DNA from: Leptolyngbyaceae cyanobacterium | Lineage (GTDB): Bacteria; Cyanobacteriota; Cyanobacteriia; Phormidesmidales; Phormidesmidaceae | Direction of reading: 5' to 3' | NCBI GenBank assembly: GCA_050331235.1 | Contig: JBHJHA010000010.1 | Coordinates: 20,195 to 84,194 of the forward strand | Length of the DNA stretch: 64,000 nucleotides | Shown: piece after piece, positions 10,398 through 19,172 of the stretch | Layout of the letters: every line of letters begins with the position of its first letter | How positions within the stretch are numbered: the first letter of the stretch is position 1 | Program-made: the position numbers and the translations under genes | The notes under the pieces: model-generated | Databases searched by the model: none | What the model saw: only the letters and a program-made list of their open reading frames with translations | What the model was told of the DNA's origin: nothing

Positions 10398-10566
10398 AGA
10401 TCCGAACTCCTAACATGCGGACAACCCTTTCTATGCTGTGTAACAAAGGGACGTTTGTAAAGGTTTGGGGGCGACAAATCCGCTAATCGCCTGCTGTAGA
10501 GCGCAGATTTCAGACTAGCATTGACATATACCAACATCTTTCGTGGCGGGGACGAACTAATTAGGC

Positions 10567-11256
10567 ATGACGTTTACCTCGGTGCTGAGTCAAATTCAGG
10601 GGGGGCTAATCGTGTCTTGTCAGGCCCCGGCCCAATCTCCCCTCCATGATCCGGCAGTGATTGCCGCCATGGCAGCGGCGGCGGTTAATCAAGGGGCGAT
10701 CGCCGTTCGCATTGATAGTCCTGAACACATTGCTGCCGTCCGAGCGCGGGTATCTGTGCCCATTGTTGGGTTATGGAAGCAAGTTATTGCCGGTTCTGAC
10801 GTATACATCACCCCGCAATTTCACCACGCGCAAGCGGTAGCTGCAGCTGGGGCCGACATCATTGCCATCGACGCCACTCTGCGATCACGCCCCGCCGGGG
10901 AGCAACTGCCCGACCTTGTGCACCAAGTCCACGCCGATCTACAAAAGCCGGTGATGGCAGATATCGACACCTTGGTCTCTGCTCAAGCTGCCGTGGCCGC
11001 TGGGGTTGATCTGCTGGGTACCACGCTCTACGGCTACACTCAGGAAACCCAGACAGAGACGCCTCCAGGGTTTGATTTGCTCTCGCAATTAGTTGAGCAG
11101 CATTCCTTACCGACGATTTGCGAAGGCGGTATTGCCTCCCCTGAAGCAGCGCGCCTGGCCCTCGACCTGGGGGCCTCTGCCGTAGTAGTAGGTACGGCCA
11201 TTACCGGCATTGACATTTTGGTGCAGCGATACTGCCAAGCTTTGGCCGCAACCTAA
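10567..11256 (+). CDS. nanE: N-acetylmannosamine-6-phosphate 2-epimerase
   Basis: GLIVSCQA, VYITP, IIAIDAT, GTTLYGYT, ICEGGI, VVVGTAIT. Confidence 0.93.
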   Translation: MTFTSVLSQIQGGLIVSCQAPAQSPLHDPAVIAAMAAAAVNQGAIAVRIDSPEHIAAVRARVSVPIVGLWKQVIAGSDVYITPQFHHAQAVAAAGADIIAIDATLRSRPAGEQLPDLVHQVHADLQKPVMADIDTLVSAQAAVAAGVDLLGTTLYGYTQETQTETPPGFDLLSQLVEQHSLPTICEGGIASPEAARLALDLGASAVVVGTAITGIDILVQRYCQALAAT

Positions 11257-11276
11257 CGTGCTACATCATGCATGGA

Positions 11277-12014
11277 TTAAGAGTTCTTTGGCGGAGCGTC
11301 GTCATAGGTGACATTGATTTGCACCTTTTTCTCATAGAGGCGGTTCAGCCATTGCGGATCAAGCCGGAGGTGATACATCACTTTGAGCATTTGATTCAGC
11401 AATGCCTGTTGATAAACCCCGCGATCGCGATAGCGACGGGCTGATGTTTTGACCGTTCCTGGCAAAATCACTGGAGCTCCGTACTGCCGCAGCTTTTGAC
11501 TTAGAACGGTATCTTCAAAAATATCCATATCGGGTACGCCGCCGATGGCCATAAGGCGCGATCGACGCACGGCGACGCAATGATCCAAATACAATATCTT
11601 GCCCCACCGGGGCCGAATCGTTGAGGAATACCAGGAGGTATACTGCAGCAGCCAATGCTCCAGATCAAACTGGTGGCGAAAGCCAGCCCAGGCCACATCA
11701 GAATCCTGAAAGGCTTTATCAATTTGATCAATCGCCGTCACCGCCGGTAGTAACGTGGCGGGGTGATGTAACAGGACAATATCCCCCTGACTTGCCTGCA
11801 GACCAATATTTAATCGCTGGGCCCGATTTTGGGCAGTCGTTTCGATCACACGAAAGCCCTCGGCAGCTTGCAACTGTTCCAGGGTGTCATCCTGGCTCGG
11901 GCTTACTACTGCGAGCAGTTCAGGATTGCCCTGCTGCGATTGTAGATTATGGATAATGTGGGGCAGATAACCGTGACGTAACTCATTCACACAGGGCAAA
12001 ACAACTGAAATCAC
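11277..12014 (-). CDS. Family-2 glycosyltransferase-like protein (TIGR04283-like)
   Basis: MISVVLPCVNE, NRAQRLNIG, IGGVPDMDIFED, TSARRY. Confidence 0.8.
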   Translation of the reverse strand: MISVVLPCVNELRHGYLPHIIHNLQSQQGNPELLAVVSPSQDDTLEQLQAAEGFRVIETTAQNRAQRLNIGLQASQGDIVLLHHPATLLPAVTAIDQIDKAFQDSDVAWAGFRHQFDLEHWLLQYTSWYSSTIRPRWGKILYLDHCVAVRRSRLMAIGGVPDMDIFEDTVLSQKLRQYGAPVILPGTVKTSARRYRDRGVYQQALLNQMLKVMYHLRLDPQWLNRLYEKKVQINVTYDDAPPKNS

Positions 12015-12129
12015 GGGCCAACCTTGAACTAACGATACAGGCTCTAAAAGTAAAGCTTAAGCAATCTCATCCTGGAGAAAAAATCGTTTACGCTGCAACC
12101 GCATGCCTCATTTTTCGAGTTTTATCGCC

Positions 12130-12864
12130 ATGACGACTGTGCAGATTGAAATCCACCCTGACCGGGCCGCTTTAGTCGATCGCTCTTTAGAGTTAGTCAA
12201 ACAGCATATCAATGCAGCCGTTGCCGCTCGAGATACCTGCGCGATCGCCCTAGCGGGGGGAAGCACCCCCAAGCCGCTCTATGAAGCGCTAGCAAATGCG
12301 AATCTTCCTTGGTCAAAACTCCAGATTTTTTGGGGAGATGAACGATACGTCCCCATTGAGCATCCCGACAGCAATGCGGGCATGGCTAAGACCGTCTGGC
12401 TCGATCAGGTGCCCATTCCAGTGACGCAGATTCACGTCATGCCAACGCACTTAGAGCAGCCGATGGAGGCCGCGATCGCCTACGAAAAATTGCTCAAGGA
12501 TGCATTGGGGTATCAGCCAACCTTTGATATCGTGCTGCTGGGTATGGGCGATGACGGACACACATTGTCCCTGTTTCCCCATACGTCAGCGGTCAATGAG
12601 CGCGATCGCCTAGTGACCGTCGGCGAAAAAGGCGGAGAGCCCCGCCTTACATTAACAGCATCATTGGTCAATCAGAGCCGCTGCGTCATGTTTTTGGTGG
12701 CTGGCGGTAATAAGCAGGCTGCGTTAGCTCAGGTTTTTGCCCCCGAGGGCGATGACATCGCCTATCCTTCTCGTAAAATTCAACCCCAAGGTGAACTTTG
12801 GTGGCTGCTTGACTCAGCAGCCGGAGAACCACTCAAGTCTCGCCCTGATGTGAACTTTTTCTAA
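12130..12864 (+). CDS. pgl: 6-phosphogluconolactonase
   Basis: IALAGGSTP, FWGDERYVP, LLGMGDDGHTLSLFP, RLTLT. Confidence 0.96.
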   Translation: MTTVQIEIHPDRAALVDRSLELVKQHINAAVAARDTCAIALAGGSTPKPLYEALANANLPWSKLQIFWGDERYVPIEHPDSNAGMAKTVWLDQVPIPVTQIHVMPTHLEQPMEAAIAYEKLLKDALGYQPTFDIVLLGMGDDGHTLSLFPHTSAVNERDRLVTVGEKGGEPRLTLTASLVNQSRCVMFLVAGGNKQAALAQVFAPEGDDIAYPSRKIQPQGELWWLLDSAAGEPLKSRPDVNFF

Positions 12865-13092
12865 CTCGCTCCAACCCCCTCTAAAGCGGCCAGTCTCAGA
12901 TGAAATATCCCTAACCAAGAGATGGAGATGATCCCAGAAGCGGGCCTCAGGCGACAACGATGGGAGCACAAATATATTTCTTAAACTAATCTCCCAAACC
13001 TCGACCGTAATACCGGGGTTTATGGCAAGATATCAAACATGGCTATTTGGCCACTCAACTTATTGACCTTTCAGATTCACAGAGAGTTGCTT

Positions 13093-13728
13093 ATGACGCT
13101 GCAATTAGGCGATACCGTACCTAATTTCACCCAACAATCATCCGCAGGTGAAATTAACTTTTACGATTGGGCTGGCGATAGCTGGGTTGTGTTCTTTTCT
13201 CATCCCGCCGATTACACTCCTGTTTGCACCACTGAGTTAGGTGAAGTCGCCAAGCTCAAGGGCGAGTTTGAAAAGCGTAATGCCAAGGTGATAGCGCTCA
13301 GCGTAGATGGTGCTGAGTCCCATAAGGGATGGATTGGCGATATTGATGAAACCCAGGGGACTGCCGTCAACTATCCCATCATTGCTGATGAAGACAAAAA
13401 GGTTTCTGACCTGTACGGCATGATTCATCCTAATGCTGACGATAAGGTCACTGTGCGCACCGTATTTGTGATCGACCCTAACCATAAGCTGCGTCTCACT
13501 ATCACTTATCCCCCTAGCACCGGGCGTAACTTCCAAGAAATTTTGCGAGTTATCGATTCACTGCAGCTGACTGATAACTACAGTGTGGCGACTCCGGTGA
13601 ATTGGAAAGACGGTGAAGACGTTGTGGTCTCTCCCAAAATTTCCACCGAGGATGCGAAAGAGCGTTTCCCTAAAGGGGTTACCGAAATTAAGCCCTACTT
13701 GCGGATGACTCCCCAGCCCAACAAGTAA
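13093..13728 (+). CDS. 1-Cys peroxiredoxin (Prx6 class)
   Basis: FSHPADYTPVCTTE, YPPSTGRNFQEILRVIDSLQ, ATPVNW. Confidence 0.95.
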   Translation: MTLQLGDTVPNFTQQSSAGEINFYDWAGDSWVVFFSHPADYTPVCTTELGEVAKLKGEFEKRNAKVIALSVDGAESHKGWIGDIDETQGTAVNYPIIADEDKKVSDLYGMIHPNADDKVTVRTVFVIDPNHKLRLTITYPPSTGRNFQEILRVIDSLQLTDNYSVATPVNWKDGEDVVVSPKISTEDAKERFPKGVTEIKPYLRMTPQPNK

Positions 13729-13756
13729 GCTGACAAGTTACAACTAATCGTTGTGG

Positions 13757-13790
13757 AAGATGCTCTCTGTTTGGGGAGCATCTTTTTTAT
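13757..13790 (+). terminator. Rho-independent terminator after peroxiredoxin
   Basis: AAGATGCTC...GAGCATCTT followed by a T-run. Confidence 0.8.
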
Positions 13791-13873
13791 GGGCATAACA
13801 ACAAAGGATAGACAGGTGCAAGGGCCAAGATACCGGCAAGGACTTTGTCCCAAACAATCCGGCGATTGCTCAC

Positions 13874-14203
13874 TCAGTCTGTCCAGATTTGCTTGACAGC
13901 TTCAGCAATGCGGGTCAAATCTTCATCGAGCAGAGGCGGCCACTCGACTTGTTTGAGTCGCCCAAGATTGTAAAGCTGACGGCTCTCATAAGACAAGATG
14001 AAAAGTGCATGTCCTAGCGATCGCTCAACCGTTGGTTCATTAGTTAGCGATTGTGACAGCGTTTTGAGGGCCAGCAGTAGTGACGTTGCCTGCCCTGGCA
14101 CCGGGGCCTGCCCCTGACGTAAACACTCAATGAATGATGTTTGCCCAGGTACGGAGGAAAATGCTTGCGCCATTACAAATTGCCGTGCCGTATCAAAGTC
14201 CAT
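13874..14203 (-). CDS. Small conserved cyanobacterial protein (family often mislabelled 'dethiobiotin synthetase')
   Basis: MDFDTARQF...PVPGQATSLLLALK...WPPLLDEDLTRIA; no P-loop, too short for BioD. Confidence 0.7.
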   Translation of the reverse strand: MDFDTARQFVMAQAFSSVPGQTSFIECLRQGQAPVPGQATSLLLALKTLSQSLTNEPTVERSLGHALFILSYESRQLYNLGRLKQVEWPPLLDEDLTRIAEAVKQIWTD

Positions 14204-14544
14204 AGCCGCCAACCCCTCAGCAAAAACACAGTTTAGCTTGTTGCGAATATATGAGCTACGGGCACCCTAAGGCCGACGGATTAAGCCCAAACGGTTGCCC
14301 TGAAATTCATGGAGACTTTATCAAGAAAACTCTGAAGTCTGTGATGAAACTGCGAAATGTGATAGCAAATGCCCTTGATTTTAGCGGTGATCTTTAGCAT
14401 CAAAGAAGAATTGGCGACCCTTTCACCTCCCACGAGAGCTGTAGAGTGCACATTTCGTTCATACGGCGGCTAGACCTCTCCCTTGCCTGAGACATCACAG
14501 CATCTACCTACCGCTTTATTTTGCTCCTTAAACTTGACAGACCT

Positions 14545-15717
14545 ATGGCAGAAACGACGCATCCGATTCCTTTTGTCGATCTCTCTTGGCAGCATGCGCA
14601 GGTCCAAGATCAGATTCACGCTGCATTGACGGCGGTTCTCGGCCGGGGTGATTTTGTCTTAGGTCAGGCGGTCAAAGATTTTGAACAAGCGTTTGCCACT
14701 GCTTCTGGCGCTGGACATGGGGTCGGTGTGGGCTGTGGAACTGATGCCATTGCGCTGGGTCTCTCCGCCTGTGGCATTGGCCAAGGGGACGAGGTGCTCT
14801 TGCCGGCAAACACGTTTGTAGCGACGCTGATCGGCATTTTGCGCGCCGGGGCGACCCCAGTCTTTGTAGATTGCGATCGCGAAACTGCGCTGATTGACCT
14901 AACGGCGGCAGCAGCGGCCATAACCTCCAAAACCCGCGCGATCGTGCCAGTTCACTTGTATGGGCAGATGGTGTCTCCGGGTAAGCTCAACGCGTTGGCC
15001 CAGCGCCACGATCTGATTATTTTCGAAGACGCCGCTCAGGCCCACCTCGCGGAGCGGGAAGGGATCCGGGCAGGCAGTGTTGGTACAGCCGCAGCTTTTA
15101 GCTTTTATCCTAGTAAAAATCTGGGCGGCATTGGCGATGGAGGCATGCTCCTTACCCAAGAAGCTCTCGTGGCCCAGACCGTGCGGTCGTTGCGCAATTA
15201 TGGTGCCGTTCGCAAATACTTTCATACTGAGCCAAAGGGGACTAATAGCCGTCTAGATACTTTACAAGCTGCCGTTTTAGGGCTCAAACTGCCGCTGCTT
15301 CCCAGTTGGAATCAAGCACGTAATCAAATTGCCCAGTATTACGACGAGCGTTTGGCCGCGTTCCGGGAACTTGACCTTATGCCTATGCGCAATGACAGCG
15401 GTACTGGCCATGTTTATCACCTATATGTCGTGAGAGTCACTGCTGATTGCCCGATTGATCGCACGGCGCTGCAGCTCATGTTGCAAGAGAGCGGCATTCA
15501 AAGCGGTATTCATTACCCGGTCCCTTGCCATTTACAGCCAGCATTCCAATTTTTGGGTTATCAGCCAGGGGCGTTTCCCCAGGCTGAGGCCCTTTGCCAA
15601 GAAATCCTTTCCTTGCCAATGTATCCCGGTATGCGGCTCGATCAGGCTGACCGAGTCGTCGAGGCGATCGCCCAAGGAATTCACCAAAAGTTGCCCATAG
15701 CTACTTTGACCGCTTGA
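14545..15717 (+). CDS. DegT/DnrJ/EryC1/StrS PLP-dependent sugar aminotransferase
   Basis: IPFVDL, VPVHLYGQ, EDAAQAH, FSFYPSKNLG, NSRLDTLQAA, LSLPMYP. Confidence 0.95.
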   Translation: MAETTHPIPFVDLSWQHAQVQDQIHAALTAVLGRGDFVLGQAVKDFEQAFATASGAGHGVGVGCGTDAIALGLSACGIGQGDEVLLPANTFVATLIGILRAGATPVFVDCDRETALIDLTAAAAAITSKTRAIVPVHLYGQMVSPGKLNALAQRHDLIIFEDAAQAHLAEREGIRAGSVGTAAAFSFYPSKNLGGIGDGGMLLTQEALVAQTVRSLRNYGAVRKYFHTEPKGTNSRLDTLQAAVLGLKLPLLPSWNQARNQIAQYYDERLAAFRELDLMPMRNDSGTGHVYHLYVVRVTADCPIDRTALQLMLQESGIQSGIHYPVPCHLQPAFQFLGYQPGAFPQAEALCQEILSLPMYPGMRLDQADRVVEAIAQGIHQKLPIATLTA

Positions 15718-15732
15718 TTGAGACCCAAAGCC

Positions 15733-16632
15733 ATGACATTAAGCAACTCATTTGATAAAAAACGGCTGCCGGCGCCCTTGTCTATTGCTCTCATGGGGCT
15801 ATTAGTGCTTATGTACGGTCCCTTGCTATGGCATTGGGTCGATGGCTGGCTCAATAAATCCATCAGCATTCAACATGAATACTTTAGCCATGGATTGATT
15901 GGTATTCCGTTTGCAGTCTATATTGCCTGGGGTTTACGGCCACGGTGGCAGGCCCTACCGGAGCAGATGCACCCTGCCGGGATTGGCCTCCTGGCCATGG
16001 CCAGTGCACTCTATCTGAGCCAGCTCACAGACTGGATGAATATTTCCTTACCGCTGATGCTGGCAGGAATTTGTCTAACTCTCAAGGGGTGGCCGGGGTT
16101 AAAACTAATGGGATTTCCGCTGGCTTTAGTCGCGCTCGCTACCCCCAGTCAGCTGCCCTATTTGATCGAGCCTTACATTTTGCCTTTGCAGCACTTTATT
16201 GCGAGTGTTGCGGGCTTTTTACTCATTCAGGGCGGTGTTGATGTCACCGTTGATCAGATTTATCTCAGAGTCAATGACCAAATGGTCGAGGTCGCACCTC
16301 ACTGTGCAGGACTAAAGATGCTGTTCACCAGTTTGTATGTCGCGCTGATGCTGACTTACTGGAATGAACTTTGGCCTTCTCGACTACGAACCGGGGTTTT
16401 CTTAGCAGCGACGATTGGCATCAGTGTCACTGGCAACATCATCCGCAATGCGATGCTGAGCTATTTCCACGGTACGGGGAATGCCGATGCTTTCTACTGG
16501 CTCCACGATAGCTGGGGCGGCGATCTCTATTCGGCTTTGATGTTGCTCTCGTTAGTGTTTGTGTTGCGCCTCGTCCAGAGTTTTGTCCCAGCTACTCTCT
16601 CACTGGATATTGAGTCAGAGGCTGCGGTCTAA
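15733..16632 (+). CDS. crtB: Cyanoexosortase B (exosortase family; not phytoene synthase)
   Basis: Polytopic; HEYFSHG, catalytic VAPHCAGLK, NIIRN, LHDSWGG; followed by associated protein and EPS export genes. Confidence 0.88.
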   Translation: MTLSNSFDKKRLPAPLSIALMGLLVLMYGPLLWHWVDGWLNKSISIQHEYFSHGLIGIPFAVYIAWGLRPRWQALPEQMHPAGIGLLAMASALYLSQLTDWMNISLPLMLAGICLTLKGWPGLKLMGFPLALVALATPSQLPYLIEPYILPLQHFIASVAGFLLIQGGVDVTVDQIYLRVNDQMVEVAPHCAGLKMLFTSLYVALMLTYWNELWPSRLRTGVFLAATIGISVTGNIIRNAMLSYFHGTGNADAFYWLHDSWGGDLYSALMLLSLVFVLRLVQSFVPATLSLDIESEAAV

Positions 16633-16666
16633 ATATTTCTTGTAGTTGGAAAAGAGGCTGATTGTC

Positions 16667-17389
16667 ATGTCACAAGCGACTAAACCAATGCCCAAACAGT
16701 GGTCGATAATCCAAGGAGGTCTGGTAGTTATGCTGGCCGCTGTGATAGCGATCGCCATGCTGCCTAGTTATTTCAGTGGCCAATGGCCCTGGAGTGCTGA
16801 CCTGCCGCTCCCCCATCTCAGCCAAATGAGGGACCTGATAGAGACGCCATTAGAATTATCCGGTTGGGAGTCGACTTACCATCAGGAAGTCACCATTGGC
16901 CGCAAGTCTTGGACAGTAACGGAATATCGTCGCTTGGAGAGCGGTGCTGACCAGCCAGAAACGTTTGCTTTACTGCTGCGACCACAACTCGCGGTCGACC
17001 AACAGCCGGAGGTGGAATGGGTTGATCTTAGGGGGGCTCAAGGGTGGCAAGTAAGCGATCGCCACACCGTTCAGTTTGAGGCAATAACCGACGGTGCATC
17101 TGCTCCGCTGGAAGTTAAAACTCGCTATCAGAGGGGCATCGACGAACGTAACACACTGGCCGTTATGCAATGGTACGCCTGGCCTCAGGGTGGACACTTC
17201 GCTCCAGGACGGTGGTTTTGGGCGGATCAGGCACAGCAGTGGCAACAGCGGGAGCATATGCCTTGGGTGGGGGTAAGTGTACTATTGCAGATCGAACCCG
17301 TGGGCAATATTCGACCGCACACTGATACGGTTGTTGAGATTGCCAAAGCGGTTCAGCAGAGTCTACTGGCGTCAACTTTTCGGTCTTAA
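16667..17389 (+). CDS. Cyanoexosortase B system-associated protein (EpsI-like)
   Basis: N-terminal TM, PSYFSGQWPW, LLLRPQ...QPEVEWVD, QWYAWPQGG; position after crtB. Confidence 0.82.
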   Translation: MSQATKPMPKQWSIIQGGLVVMLAAVIAIAMLPSYFSGQWPWSADLPLPHLSQMRDLIETPLELSGWESTYHQEVTIGRKSWTVTEYRRLESGADQPETFALLLRPQLAVDQQPEVEWVDLRGAQGWQVSDRHTVQFEAITDGASAPLEVKTRYQRGIDERNTLAVMQWYAWPQGGHFAPGRWFWADQAQQWQQREHMPWVGVSVLLQIEPVGNIRPHTDTVVEIAKAVQQSLLASTFRS

Positions 17390-17656
17390 GCTATCCCTGA
17401 CAAGGGAGCCTACCTGAACAAGTGAGACTTTAGAGAAGATGCCCCCTTCAAAGTGGGCAAGTGGTGCTAAGGGTTGGGTTATGTGCAGCCCTAAGAGAAT
17501 TACCCGGATGTTTAAACCCCTGCTAATCGACAAAGGACTATCCCGAGTAGCGAAGATGACGCTGAAGTATATGAACGGGATCAGTGTGATTTAATGAGCG
17601 TTAGCCCGCACTCGTTCCCACGGATGCAATCATTTATCAGCTTGATGTGACTGGAT

Positions 17657-19081
17657 ATGGCCATCACAAATTTTGGCTTAAAGCCCCGTTGGCATTGCTA
17701 TTATCTTTGGACCCGCATGAGTACGTTGGCGATCGCGTCAGTGGTGCTGGGAACGGCGAGTGCCTATGCTGCTACAGCTGATTCCTATGCAACGCAACTG
17801 GTAACGGATGCAGGCTGGCGCGTAGCTAAAGTCGATCACCTCAAGCAGCATCAAGCGACCTCAGACTCGAACCTATTAGCCCCCAAACCGGTAGAATCCG
17901 TCACGCCAACAATGACGGGACAAACACTGCCACCAGAAGGGTTTACTCCGGACTCAGATTACACAGCGCCTTTACCGTTGCCGACTCAGCCACTTCCACC
18001 GGCAGCCGATGATGCGCCTCTGCCCCCGCCCAATGGTCTACCTCCGACGGATAATCCCCTGCCGCCACCCGGCACAAATGACTTGATTGATAGCGTATTG
18101 GGTCGCCCACAGCCCCCAGAGTTCGATAGTTATCGATTAGGCCCTGGAGACTCGTTTTTTGTCAACGTCCGCCAGTTTCCAGATCTCAGCTTTCAAGCCA
18201 CGCTGGATATTCAAGGTAATGTCATTGTGCCGTTGCAAGGCGTGGTGTCTTTTCGGGGTTTGACAATCGAAGCGGCGGAAAATGTTGTAGATCGAATTTA
18301 TGACCAATATGTCATCAATCCTGATGTGAGTGTGACCTTAGTGGCCCAGCGTGGTGTTGAGGTCACCATTCTCGGTGAGGTTGTGCGTCCGGGCTACTAT
18401 CCGCTGGCGGTGCCACAAATTTCCACTGCAATTCTCTCAGCGGGGGGAACCACTGGCACCGCCGATCTGCGATCTGTTTTGGTTCAGCGACGCTTGCCCG
18501 ATGGACAGCTTTTAGAGCGTACGATTGACCTATTTACACCGTTAAAGGAAGGTCAAGAAATTCCAGATGTAGCCCTACAAGACGGTGATGTGATTTTGAT
18601 TGATCGACTAGACCCGGCGGCCTTAGACGAATACGATCGCGAATTGGTTGCTCGTTCTACCTTGGCAACGCCGACTATCACCGTGCGGTTCTTGAACTAT
18701 GGCTCTGGCAGCTTGGGAGGCTCCACGTCAGGCTCCCTCACGGCGATCGACTTACCCAACGGCAGCCGCTTCGCTGATGCACTCATCAGAGCGAATCTGA
18801 ATCCGGATACGTCTAATCTGGGCGAAGTGGCCCTTATTCGCTTTGATGAAGAGGCCGGCCGCGCCGTCACAACCACCCTCGACGGGAATGATGCATTTCG
18901 GGGCATTCCCGCCGAAAATCCTCCGCTCATGGCCAATGATGTAATCATTGTCAATCGGACAATCCTAGCGAAGTTGACCTATGCTTTAAACACCTTCACG
19001 CAGCCATTCAGAGATGTACTGGGGTTCTTGCTGTTTTTCGATCAGTTAGCTGATTCGACTGAAAGTCTGTTTGGTCCTTAA
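17657..19081 (+). CDS. Polysaccharide export protein (Wza/SLBB family)
   Basis: YRLGPGD, VTILGEVVRPG, ADLRSV, LQDGDVI; Pro-rich N-terminal linker. Confidence 0.9.
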   Translation: MAITNFGLKPRWHCYYLWTRMSTLAIASVVLGTASAYAATADSYATQLVTDAGWRVAKVDHLKQHQATSDSNLLAPKPVESVTPTMTGQTLPPEGFTPDSDYTAPLPLPTQPLPPAADDAPLPPPNGLPPTDNPLPPPGTNDLIDSVLGRPQPPEFDSYRLGPGDSFFVNVRQFPDLSFQATLDIQGNVIVPLQGVVSFRGLTIEAAENVVDRIYDQYVINPDVSVTLVAQRGVEVTILGEVVRPGYYPLAVPQISTAILSAGGTTGTADLRSVLVQRRLPDGQLLERTIDLFTPLKEGQEIPDVALQDGDVILIDRLDPAALDEYDRELVARSTLATPTITVRFLNYGSGSLGGSTSGSLTAIDLPNGSRFADALIRANLNPDTSNLGEVALIRFDEEAGRAVTTTLDGNDAFRGIPAENPPLMANDVIIVNRTILAKLTYALNTFTQPFRDVLGFLLFFDQLADSTESLFGP

Positions 19082-19172
19082 GGGCTTTCTCTTCCTTGCA
19101 ACAGCGTTTTTAGCCTCGTTACATTCTCATCACATTTAGATATCTGTCCCCCCTCATCGCTTTTTTCCTGCC

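Noticed and set aside
13874..14203. bioD
   Set aside because: About 109 aa and no P-loop
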